Assembly (NCBI GenBank): GCA_951406725.2
Contig: OX597835.1
Span: 43,586,001-43,650,000 of the forward strand
Reading direction: 5' to 3'
DNA: 64,000 bases
From: Octopus vulgaris
Taxonomy: Eukaryota
Each line of letters starts with the position of its first letter. Within the stretch, counting starts at the first letter, position 1. The position numbers and the translations under genes were made by a program. A model generated the notes under the pieces. It was not told where the DNA came from. It did no database searches and worked only from the letters and a program-made list of their open reading frames with translations. Below, piece after piece: positions 12,191 through 22,867 of the stretch.

Positions 12191-12607
12191 GATTTTTTCG
12201 GTTTGAACGGCAGTTTTTTCTAGCGGTGTTATATGAAATTGACACACATAATTATGACCCTAGTATCGATCTATTGCATTTCAATCTGCTTTAGGGTTAG
12301 GGTTAGGGGTGGGGGAAGGGTATGTTTTTTTTCTTCACAAATGTAATTAAACCCAATCTGTTTCTTAAACGAGGGACATATTCATACGGCACAGAATGTT
12401 TTTTTACTCAATAGACGTCAGTGATTGGTTGAAATTGCAGAAATTGAAGAAAAAACAACAACAAATATCTTACAAACTATAGAATTTTCTCAATAAAGCC
12501 AAGAGAAAAAGATGTTTTATAAACACATTCTACCAGTATAGGAAGTTTGAAATTTTTTAGTTACGTGGAAATTATTTTTAAAAACTGACGTTCAAACCGA
12601 AAAGATC
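12191..12607 (+). mobile_element. Unclassified ~415 bp TIR element with internal (TTAGGG)3, copy 1
   Basis: TIR GAT.TTTTCGGTTTGAACG.CAGTTTTT; reverse-complement homologue at 43479-43894. Confidence 0.85.
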
Positions 12608-12645
12608 AGTTTATTCGAGTAAAATGCACCTGAGCACTGTACACA

Positions 12646-12646
<1 letters not shown>

Positions 12647-12708
<62 letters not shown>
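12647..12708. repeat. (ATT)n microsatellite
   Basis: Seen directly. Confidence 0.97.
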
Positions 12709-13686
12709 TTAAAATAGGAATCAAAGGAATCCATATATAAAAAAACCCAAAAACCAAACAAACAAAAAACGGTTGTGGTGGAATCCTGGTTTTTCGTTCC
12801 AACTGTAGCAGAAGTCTTTAAATGTCAAGTCTTTAACCGAATTACCTCCCCTTACAACTACTTTCAATCCGGGCAATTCTAAAACATGTCTGCGCCCATG
12901 GTTTGACTCTCTGCCTCGTGTTTTGCTGATAATTAACGAATTAATTCAATTAAAATACATCTTTATATGATTGTTTAGAGTTCCAGCGTAAATGAGGACA
13001 AAGAACAGAGATGGTCGAAAGCCAGGTTAGAAATATTTTTCCTTATTCCTCTCGATATCCATTTTTCTTCTTGGCCCTTCCCACGGCCCCCAAAGACCCC
13101 CAAAAGCCTTTTCTCTCCCCAATTCCTATAAATTTACTTAAACTCATTAATTTCACCGAATAATTCCCACTGATACATAACAGCACCTGTTTCCTTAGTA
13201 TTTCTCTTTTTATATATAAACTTACGACCCGCGAAATGGTTTTTCTTCGATTCGAACTCGATCCAAGTTAAACCATTTCACAGGTCGTAAGTTGTTGTTT
13301 TTAGTAAATTTTTGCTATTTTTAGAAAAAAAAAATGTTCAAATTTGTCTTCTACAAACTCTATTTCATACAATTAAATAAAAATTCTTTTAATTAAAATT
13401 ATTATTCCCCGCCGCAGCCAAAATTCTCATCACAGGCGATGTCGTTTGTTTTCAATTTTCCTTGAATACAGACCAAGCCATGGAAAATTATTTCCTTGCT
13501 CGGAAACGAGTGCTGGTGAGTAACAGCAAGAGTATCCTGCTGTAGAAAATATTCGGTTTGTTGTCATTTTAATGACGGACTGCAAATGTGGTTCTCTCAA
13601 CTTGCTAGAAAGAGCAGCTTAATCATCCCCAGACCTTCCACTCACATCTTAACAAAATAGGTTTGCTTCGATGATGTTACAATGAG

Positions 13687-13958
13687 TGGTATTCTTTCGA
13701 TATAACTTGACAAAATCAAAACATTTCAATTTGGGTATTTCCGTGGAAGCAAATGACAGTTCGATTCTGTTTTCTGCTTGGAAATTTGCGGATTTTACCT
13801 ACACACCTGAAACAGGTAAGAACAAATATGCAAGGCTTTTTTTTTCTTTAAAACGAGACATTGCTGATATAATTTCGTTATGTCTATTATTCCACAACCC
13901 ACGGAAATACCCCAAGTGAAATGTTTTGATTTTGTCGAGTTATATCGAAGGAATGCCC
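13687..13958. mobile_element. MITE with ~58 bp terminal inverted repeats
   Basis: ggtattctttcgatataacttgacaaaatcaaaacatttc...ggtatttccgtgg mirrored at 13899-13958. Confidence 0.8.
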
Positions 13959-14157
13959 TGAAAGAAATTGGGGATAGCAACAACAACGAAATGTTATTTT
14001 CTATTTAGTAAAAATCAAATTTTTTTAAAGAATATTTACAAAAGTATATTTAATTTTTTTTTTTAAACAAGGTATTCTCCACATGATTGCTCAACCTGCT
14101 AGAAATAGCAACCAATTCTCTATGATTTTGTGAAGGTTTTATACTGTGAGAACAACA

Positions 14158-14587
14158 ATGGAAACCCAGGTCGAAGATTCTCCTTGCCTCCCTCAAAACA
14201 GCCCCACTTGTGAAATCGATGAAAAAGACAGCCCTTACTACTTTGAATCTGACCATACTGCCCTCAGGTGTAACCCTGATTACTGCAACCTTCTCAAGGC
14301 GCTCTGCCGGCTCGAATCGCAGCGGATAAAGGCCATTCAGGACATTGACCAACTTTATAAGTGCCAAGAATCAGCTCTTAAGGATCCGATTGCATTTGTT
14401 GAACAGCTGCAGCGCGGTGAAGACTTGAACTTCCCGAAGCGGCAAACGGTCGCCGAAATCCCTGTGATAAACTGGGAGGCTTACACTTCCAAAAAAGACA
14501 TCGCTGCCTACTGTACCTCAAGACACATGACCCGCAAGAAGAGACCGGGCCCAAGCATCAGTTGTCTACAAGGCAGCAGTTATATGG
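14158..14587 (+). CDS. ZZZ3: ZZ-type zinc finger-containing protein 3, coding exon 1
   Basis: METQ...YYFESDHTALRCNPDYCNLLKALCRLESQRIKAIQDIDQL...DPIAFVEQLQ resembles the conserved ZZZ3 FESDH-ALK-N-DY block; ends G|GTAAGT (phase 1). The start codon is inferred; an upstream non-coding exon is likely. Confidence 0.9.
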
Positions 14588-14866
14588 GTAAGTAATAATT
14601 TCTCTCTATATAACTATAGTTGCAGACATGGCTTGCTTCTCGAACACGTGGTTCTAGGTTCAGATCCACTGCTTGGCACCTTGAGCAAGTGTCTTCTATT
14701 ATAGCTTTGAGTCTTGTGAGTGGATTTGGTAGATGGAAATTGAAATAAACCCGTTGCATATATATGTGTGTATGTGTCTTTTTGTCTCCCACCACTGCTG
14801 TTGGTTTGTTTACGTTGCTGTAACTTAACAGTTCAGAAAAGAGGCCAATAGAGTAAGTACTAAGCT

Positions 14867-15069
14867 TTAACCCTTTAGCATTTAAACCGGCCATATCCGG
14901 CCTTTTTTATGTTCAAACTGGCCATATCTAGTCTCTCACACCAACCCTACAATATCGTTTTTAAAATTAACAGCTGCCTCATCAAAATCTCAATGCATGA
15001 TTAGTTCGAAACAATGTGGATAAAAAAGTATTAATTTTGGCAGAATAATGTGAACACTAAAGGGTTTAA
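14867..15069. mobile_element. TTAA MITE (piggyBac-like) inserted into a SINE
   Basis: ttaaccctttagc...ctaaagggtttaa. Other family members near 24726, 28630-28993, 34600-34708, 51700-51851 and 57010-57354. Confidence 0.75.
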
Positions 15070-15279
15070 AAAAAAAAGTCCTGGGGTTGATTTTTGCAAC
15101 TCCTTCAAGGTGTTGCCCCAGCATGGCCACAATCAAATGATTGAAAGAAGGAAATGATAGAAGGTAACTTGTGTAGCTAAGAAGCTCACATACATACATA
15201 TGTCCACAGCTACATGCCATACATACATCCATATATATGTATGTAAACCCATTTAAATACACGTTGGCAGTCCATCAGT

Positions 15280-15911
15280 TACATTCTGAGTTCAAATTCT
15301 GCCAAGGTCAGTATTGCCTCTCAACCTTTCGGGGTTGATAAATTAAGTACCAGTGAAAGACTGGTGGGGGGTCAATGTATTCAACTAGGGCCCATGTCCT
15401 TCTTGCAAGTTTCAGGCCTTGTGCCTTTAATAGAAAGGATTCTTATTATTATTAAGGTGGTGACAAGGCAGGGAGCTGGGGAAATCTTGAGCCAGACAAA
15501 ATGGTTTTCCTTCTGTCTTCACGTTTCTGAGTTCAGGTTCTACCAAGGTTGATTTTGCTCTTCTTCCTTTCAGGGTCGATAAAATAAGTATCGTTTGAAC
15601 ACCGATGGGGGGGCATTGTAATCGACCACTCCCTGACCCCTGTTAAATTTCAGGCCCTGTGCTTTGCAGCCTTTCATCCATCCTTACATTCTGAGTTCAA
15701 ATTCTGCTGGCAGAGTCGTTAGCATGCTGAGCAAAATGCTTAGCAGTAGTTTGCCTGTCGCTATGTTCTGAGTTCAAATTCCACTGTGGTTGACTTTGTC
15801 TTTCATCCTTTAAGGGTCGATAAATTAAGTACCAGTTGCATACTGGGGTCGATCTAATTGACTAATCCCCTCCCACAAAAATTGCTGCCTTTATGGCAAA
15901 AATTTGAAAGC

Positions 15912-15945
<34 letters not shown>

Positions 15946-16322
15946 GCTTGCCAGACGAAATGCTTGGCGGTAATTCACCCATCACTATGTTCTGAGTTCA
16001 AATTCCACAGTGGTTGACTCTGCCTTTCATCCCTTTGGGTTCGATAAATTAAAGTACCAGTAAAACATTGGGGTCGATGTAATCGACTAGTACCCCTCCC
16101 AAATTTCAGGCCTTGTGCCCATATCAGAAAGGATTATCATTATGGCAGTGAGCGGCAGAATGCTTTGTACCCTTTCAGCTAGCTTTATGTTCTGAGTTCA
16201 AACTCCACTGAGATTGGTTTTGCCTTGAATCCTTTTGGAGTCAATATAATAAGAACCAATTGAACACTGGGGTTCATGTAATCAACTGATTCCCTGCCCT
16301 GAAACTGCCAAAATTTGAAAGC
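15280..16322 (+). mobile_element. Tandem cluster of about five SINE family B copies separated by (TTA)n
   Basis: Repeated ttctgagttcaaattc...gactttgcctttcatcctttcggggtcgataaattaagtacc core. Other copies at 1250-1580, 26330-26510, 44620-45275, 58835-59115, 60598-60805 and 61242-61458. Confidence 0.85.
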
Positions 16323-16618
16323 ATTATTATTATTGGCACGTAAAAAGCACCATCCGATCGTGGCCGTTGCCAGCCTCACCTGGCCCCCGTGGCCGTTTGC
16401 CAGCGCTGTCTGGCACCTGTGCCGGTGGCATGTAAAAAGCATCCACTACACTCACGGAGTGGTTGGTGTTAGGAAGGGCATCCAGCTGTAGAAACACTGC
16501 CAAACCAGATTGGAGCCTGGTGCAGCCTTCTGGCTTCCCAGACCCCAGTTGAACCATCCAACCCATGCCAGCATGGAAAGTGGATGCTAAATGATGATGA
16601 TGATTATTATTATTGCAG

Positions 16619-16748
16619 ATGATGGTGATGCAGATAGCATGTTTAGAACCGATTGTCCAAAGTCACAGACCGTTGTCCGTGGGAGATTAAAAGATGAAAA
16701 CAAACCGGTCAGCTTCAACCAACTCTGGAGTGTAGACGAACAGAAAAG
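16619..16748 (+). CDS. ZZZ3: ZZZ3 coding exon 2 (start of SANT/Myb domain)
   Basis: ttgcag|AT...; translates DDGDAD...VRGRLKDENKPVSFNQLWSVDEQKR; donor AG|GTAAAT; phases fit the neighbouring exons. Confidence 0.9.
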
Positions 16749-16786
16749 GTAAATAACATTGCATGTGTTTGTTGCTGTTGTTGTTG

Positions 16787-17015
16787 TTTAACCCTTTAGT
16801 GTTCAGATTACTCTGTTAAATGTAATATTTTTTTACTCAAATTGTTTTGAATTAATCAAGCATTATCTTATAGCTTTGAGGTTTCAATGATGTGAGTGGT
16901 TATTTTTAGAATGTCAATGTAGGTTAGGTGTGAGAGGCTAGATATCACCAGTTTGAATATAAAACATATAGAATATTTGGGCTGGATATGGCTGGTTTAA
17001 ACACTAAAGGGTTAA
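16787..17015. mobile_element. TTAA MITE
   Basis: ttaaccctttagtgttca...aacactaaagggttaa. Confidence 0.8.
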
Positions 17016-17578
17016 CCCATTCTTTACTGTATTTATTTTGAGATGCTCTGTGTTTCTTTCAATTACTTTAAATATAACAAAGAATTTAGTAATTCAGTGG
17101 TTAGGAAAATACTTCGATAGAACAACTACCAAACCTTAGAAAACAATAGATTCACTGAGGCCTATTTAAATATACATATATGCATGTATGTGTGTGTATA
17201 TGTTTGTGTATATATTTTTATCCCCCCCAACATCGCTTGACAACCTATGCTGGTGTGTTACGTCCCCGTAACTTAGCGGTTCGGCAAAAGGGACCGATAG
17301 AATAAGTACTAGGCTTACAACAAAGAATAAGTCCTGGGGTCAATTTGCTGGACTAAAGGCAGTGCTCCAGCAAGGCCACAGTCAAATGACTGAAACAAGT
17401 AAAAGAGAGAGTAAAGAGAGGTTAAAATTGATTCGTTTAATTTATCCTTCAGCTGGTGTTAGGGACATAAAGTGTGACTAAGGTTTGGTGGAAGATTTTA
17501 ATTCAGAACTTATGGAAACAAGACATTTGTACTGAGAGCCAGAGCCGGTTTCAGCCGGGTTGGTCACGAAAGGGTTAA
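17012..17578. mobile_element. Second TTAA MITE family with an inserted SINE, sharing a TTAA with the previous MITE
   Basis: Reverse-complement homologue of 44271-44498; ends cgaaagggttaa. Confidence 0.7.
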
Positions 17579-18447
17579 ACTGCAAGTCAGGTTTGTTGAA
17601 GAAGATCAATGATGAAAGGGACTCAGCTGTGACCATTCCAGCTTATTTTGTACGCCTGACCAGCTCCTATCAAACCATCAAACCCCTGCCAGTTGTGGAA
17701 GGAGGAGGAGGATGTTAAACGATGATGATGATGATGACCAAGAGTTACATTGTCCAACCTAACTCTTAATTAAACCTTTTTATTTTACTTCTTTCAGTTA
17801 TTTTGGCTGTGGCCATGCTGTGGCACTACCGTGAAGGATTGTAGTCAAACAAATTGACTCCAGGACTTATTTTTTTTAAGCCTCGTACTTATTCTATTGA
17901 TCTCATTGTACTCAACTGCTAGGTTACAAAGATGTCGCCAGTACTGCCTGACTGGCCCTCATGCTGGTGGCTCATAAAAGCACCCACTACACTCTTGGAG
18001 TGGTTGGCGTTAGGAAGAGCATCCAGCTGTAGAAACTCTACCATATCAGACTGGAGCCTGGTGCAGCCATCTGGCTTGCCAGTCCTCAGTCAAATCTTCC
18101 AACCCTTGCTAGCATGGAAAGCGGGCGTTAAAGGATGATGAGGATGCTGGCATGGGTGGATGTGTGTGTGTGTGATTATATACACCTCATTTGTATATAT
18201 GGTTTATGTATGTATGTATGTATGTATATATATATATTGTATATAAATAAAAGAGGCAGGCAACAGGTTGCTTATGTGGCTAAGCAACCTGTTGCCTGCC
18301 TTTTTTTATTTTATATACAATATATATATTGAACTTTTTATAGAAGTTCCTACCGTTAATGGTTATATTTAGATGCTGAAATCTACCCGTAAATAATTGT
18401 TAGTTTTTTTAAAAAACCATTAAAGATATCATTTACTCTTATTATAT

Positions 18448-18482
<35 letters not shown>

Positions 18483-18774
18483 CATGCATATATTTGTGTC
18501 TGTGTTTTCCCCACTGCCACTTAACCGATGTTAGTTTGTTTACACCTCCATAACTTAGCAGTTCAGCCAAAAGAATGATAGAACAAGTTTACAAGGAAAA
18601 ATAAGTCCTGGGTTGAATTTATTGGACTAAAACCCTTCAGGGCAGTGCTCCAGCATGGCAGCAGTCCAACGTCTGAAACAAGTTTAAGAAGAGGAAGCAA
18701 CAACATGACCGTATCCAGTTTTGAAGTTGCGTAAGGATGAAGTTTTAAATGGCATTTATTCTCTATTTTCCAAG

Positions 18775-18871
18775 GTTGGAAGAACTTTTGGTAAAACACC
18801 CACCTGAAGAAATCGAGTCTCGGCGCTGGCAGAAAATTGCTGCTGCTTTGGGCAACAGGACAACACAACAA
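18775..18871 (+). CDS. ZZZ3: ZZZ3 coding exon 3 (SANT/Myb)
   Basis: ttccaag|G; [32 protein letters not shown]; donor GTATGT. Confidence 0.93.
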
Positions 18872-19692
18872 GTATGTATTAATTTTTGAATCTGGAAACA
18901 GCAAAAGCTTCAGACAAAATTCCTTTCTGTTTGGCTCTCACCTTGTGAAATTTTAAAATTAAGTGAAAATTTTCAAATTTGGTATATTGATGTAATTTTT
19001 CATGCTGTGTTGTTATTTGCTTGTTCCAGAAATATATTAGTAAAATGTTACAGAGGTTTAAAGTTTGGTTAAAAATAAATAATAATAATGAAATTATTGT
19101 ATACAGTGCTCAGGTGCACCACAACTTGTCAGAAAGTGCGTATAAAGTGTATGCAGTAATGTACAAATGTCTGGAAAGCGAACAATGTACGAGTCAGATA
19201 CATGTTTGTATGTGTATGGAGGGGAGAAAATCAGGTGTAGTGTTGGCGGATTTTTACCCAATTAGAAGACAGGATTTGGAAGCTTTTTTTTTCTCATTTT
19301 GCAAGGCATGGAAATAACAGAAAAAGGAAAAAACCTCAATGACATTTTCTTTATTTTTGTGAAAAATTACAAAAAGAAAAGAAATGAATTTCATTTCCTT
19401 AATTAGCTTACAAAACTACATCAATACACCAAATTTCAAATCAACTGGCACAAAATTAAAACTAAATCGATTGGAACAAAATTAAAAGACTTGAAAAGTG
19501 TGAGCCAAACAGGAAAGGTCCCAGGGCAGTTTTTATCTTCTGATTTAGTGCTGGGGTTACATTTTGCTTTTCATACTTGCGTGGTCAATAAAGTAAAATA
19601 CCCTTCAAATATTGAGGTCGGGATAATTGATTAAACCCTTTCCTCAAATCTGTGAACCTGTGTCTGTTAGAAATCATTTTCGTTATTAATTA

Positions 19693-20078
19693 GGCACAGA
19701 TGTGGCTGTGTGGTGAGAAGTTTATTTCCCAACTACACGCTGTTGGGTTCAATCCCACTGCATGGCACCTTGGGTGTCTTCTACTATAGCCAAGGGCCAA
19801 CCAAAGCCTTGTAAGTGGATTTGGTAGATGGAAACTGAAAGAAACGCATCATATATATATATGTGTGTGTGTGTGTGTGCTCCCCCCCACACCACTTGAT
19901 AACTGGTGTTGGTGTGTTTACATCCTTGTAACTTAGTGGTTCGGCAAAAGACCGATGCAGTAAATACTGGGGTTTTTTAAAATAAGTGTTGGGGTCAATT
20001 CGTGCAACTAGAAATTCTTCAAGGAGGTGCCCCAGCATGGCCACCGTCTAATGACTGAAACAGTTAAATGATGAAAGA
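19693..20078 (+). mobile_element. SINE family A (diverged)
   Basis: Head, body and tail recognisable. Confidence 0.8.
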
Positions 20079-20248
20079 CATCCATAAAATTTCAATGATT
20101 CCCGAGTTTAGGTAGTAGGGGCATTTGTAGTGTAACCCTAGGTCAGCCCTGATTGAGTTGGACCATTCTAGTCTTGACCATCTCACCTTTTTACGACTAT
20201 TTTACAAGACTATATTGACTTATTTTTTAATTTTTTTTTTTTCTGTAG

Positions 20249-20344
20249 GTTGCCAGCCGTGTACAGAAATATTTCATCAAGTTAGCCAAAGCTGGTCTGC
20301 CAGTGCCCGGTCGGACACCAAATCTGACATCTTACACACGAAAG
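20249..20344 (+). CDS. ZZZ3: ZZZ3 coding exon 4
   Basis: poly-T + ctgtag acceptor; [32 protein letters not shown]; donor AAG|GTGGGT. Confidence 0.93.
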
Positions 20345-21137
20345 GTGGGTATGCAATGCCGTCCACTGCAGTCTTGTGTTGACTTCAGCTTCAAGAATTT
20401 GTCTTCTGTTACATTTATATGTTTTCCTCCCCTACTCTGGAGGTGCATGGCTTAGTGGTTAGGGTGTTGGACACATGATGGTAAGATTGTGGTTTCGATT
20501 CCTGGACCGGGCAACACATTGTGTTCTTCAGCAAAACACTTCATTTCACGTTGTTCCAGTCCACTCTGCTTGCCAAAATGTGTAACCCTGCAAGGGACCG
20601 GCATCACGTCCAGGTGAGGAATTCACACACCTTGGAAACTGGGAATCTGGCCCTTATGATTCGACATGACTCGAAATGGTAACTTTTACTTTTACCTGGT
20701 CTCCTCTGGACCTTTGTTTTATCAGGAATGGCTTTATAGTTAAAGGTTTGGTTAAGAAACCAAATGGTTTTCGAGTGGAGTCCTGTTGCCTGGCATCTTG
20801 GGCAAGTATCTTCTACCATAGTTCCAGGATGGCCAATATCTTGTCAGTTGGTTTTCAACTCAGAAACTCAAAAACCCCTGATATATAGCTACATGTTTGG
20901 GTGTGAGTGTGCACATGCTTGTACCCATGTGGTGAAGGCATGTGGCTTAGTGGTCAGGTGTGTTTGGCTGACAATCACGAGGGAGTTCAATTGCTGGCAG
21001 CACATTGTATCCTTGAGCAAGGCACTTTACTTCCTGTTGCTCCAGTCCATCCTACTGGCAAAAATGAGTGGTACCCATACTTGAAAAGACCAATCTTGTC
21101 ACATTCTGTGGCATCCATCTGGCTATATAAAGTCTGA

Positions 21138-21527
21138 TGGTGAGCTGGCAGAAACGTTAGCACGCCGGGCGAAATGCGTAACCGTATTTCGTCTGCCGTT
21201 ACGTTCTAAGTTCAAATTCTGCCGAGGTCGACTTTGCCTTTCATCCTTTCGGGGTCAATAAATTAAGTACCAGTTACTCACTGGGGTCGATGTAATCGAC
21301 TTAATCTGTTTGTCTGTCCTTGTTTGTCCCCTCTGTGTTTAGCCCCTTGTGGGTAGTAAAGCTACATTCTGAGTTCAAATTCCGCCGAGGTTGACTTTGC
21401 CTTTCATCCTTTCAGGGTCGATTAAATAAGTACCAGTTACTCACTGGGGTCGATCTGATTGACTTAATCCGTTTGTCTGTCCTTGTTTGTCCCCTCTGTG
21501 TTTAGCCCCTTGTGGGTAGTAAAGAAA
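21138..21527 (+). mobile_element. SINE family B with a tandem duplication of its 3' two-thirds
   Basis: 21200-21361 is repeated at 21362-21525. Confidence 0.85.
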
Positions 21528-21638
21528 CATATATAAAATCTGACTTGAGTTCCAATTGAACCTATCCGGCAGAAAAGAGGTGGAGGTTAAAATGAGGATG
21601 ACTTAAAAGCACATAAAATTCTTTCGCTTTTCTTCCAG

Positions 21639-21812
21639 ACTGGACATCGACACCAACGCTACAATCGCTTCTACCACCAGTCAACGTTTCTCCAAGCACA
21701 CGAGCTTCCGGTCTACATGTCTGACAATGATGATGAGAGCAGCCGCAGCATCGATGGCTGTAATTCATTGACAACTGACGCACTCCAAGCTGAGCACATT
21801 AAGGACTTCACG
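21639..21812 (+). CDS. ZZZ3: ZZZ3 coding exon 5
   Basis: cttccag acceptor; TGHRHQRYNRFYHQSTFLQAHELPVYMSD...KDFT; donor GTGAGT; 174 nt in frame. Confidence 0.88.
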
Positions 21813-21849
21813 GTGAGTATCATTCGGTCTCGCGTATATTCATGACTAT

Positions 21850-22222
21850 GGCACATAAGAGAACCATCTGAACGTGGCCATTGCCAGCGCCGTCCCGACT
21901 GGCTTCCGTGCCGGTGGCACGTAAAAAGCACCATCCGATTGTGGCCATTTGCCAGCCTCGCCTGGTCCCCGTGCCGGTGGCACGTAAAAAGCACCATCCG
22001 ATCGTGGCCGTTTGCCAGCCTCGTCAGGCACCTGTGCCGGTGGCACGTAAAAAGCACCCACTACACTCATGGAGTGGTTGGTGTTAGGAAGGGCATCCAG
22101 CCATAGAAACATTGCCAGGTCAGACTGGGCCTGGTGCAGCCTTCTGGCTTCCCAGACCCCAGTTGAACTGTCCAACCCATGCCAGTATGGAAAGCGGATG
22201 CTAAACAATGATGACGACGATT
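21850..22222 (+). repeat. RTE 3' UTR-derived repeat (family D) with tandem GTGCCGGTGGCACGTAAAAAGCAC units
   Basis: Same sequence as the LINE 3' UTR at 38700-39095. Other copies at 5927-6113, 16334-16605, 17945-18140, 25935-26120, 31935-32300 and 49185-49520. Confidence 0.88.
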
Positions 22223-22867
22223 TATGCTGTGTGTATGTATACGTACGTATATTGAGATCCTAAAAACCTAGGGGTTTATGGGGACAAAAAAAAAGGCATT
22301 GGCGTGGGTGCTGGTGGCATGTAAAAAACATCCAGTACACTCTGTAAAGTGGTTGGTGTTAGGAAGGGCATCAAGCTGTTGAAACCAAACCAAAAGTAGA
22401 GTAAGGAAACTCCTTGAAAAGGTTGTATTAATATGCATTTTCGAATATATTAATTTGACTGATATTTTCTGTATCTAAATATGTAAATACAACAGAACAA
22501 TTATTGGTATTTCATGGTGGAATCACCAATCAAAGGTGTGATTCTCTCTATCCATATTTTTGGTGTCTTATACTCTGAATTTCTTGAAATTCTTTCAAAT
22601 GATATTTGGATCTACTTGCCATAAAACGAGGAATTATCTTGGATGTGTATTCTACTTGCATTTATTGGCGTCCAATTCTTTGATGTAATTAACCGAATTT
22701 GTTTAAAACTGAGTGCTTTATTGATATCTGCTTAGATTTTTTAAATTCATTTTTTTATTCTTATATATCATCATCATTATTATTTAATGCCCACCTGCCA
22801 TTCTGGCATGGGTTGGATGGTTTGACAAGTGCTAGTCAGGCAGAAAACTGCACCAGATATATATATA

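Noticed and set aside
12291-12309. Interstitial telomere or chromosome fusion scar
   Set aside because: Only three units, and the same tract lies inside the second copy of a TIR element.
21870-22065. CRISPR-like repeat-spacer appearance
   Set aside because: Eukaryotic context, no cas genes, linkers are related to each other, and the unit is part of the RTE 3' UTR.
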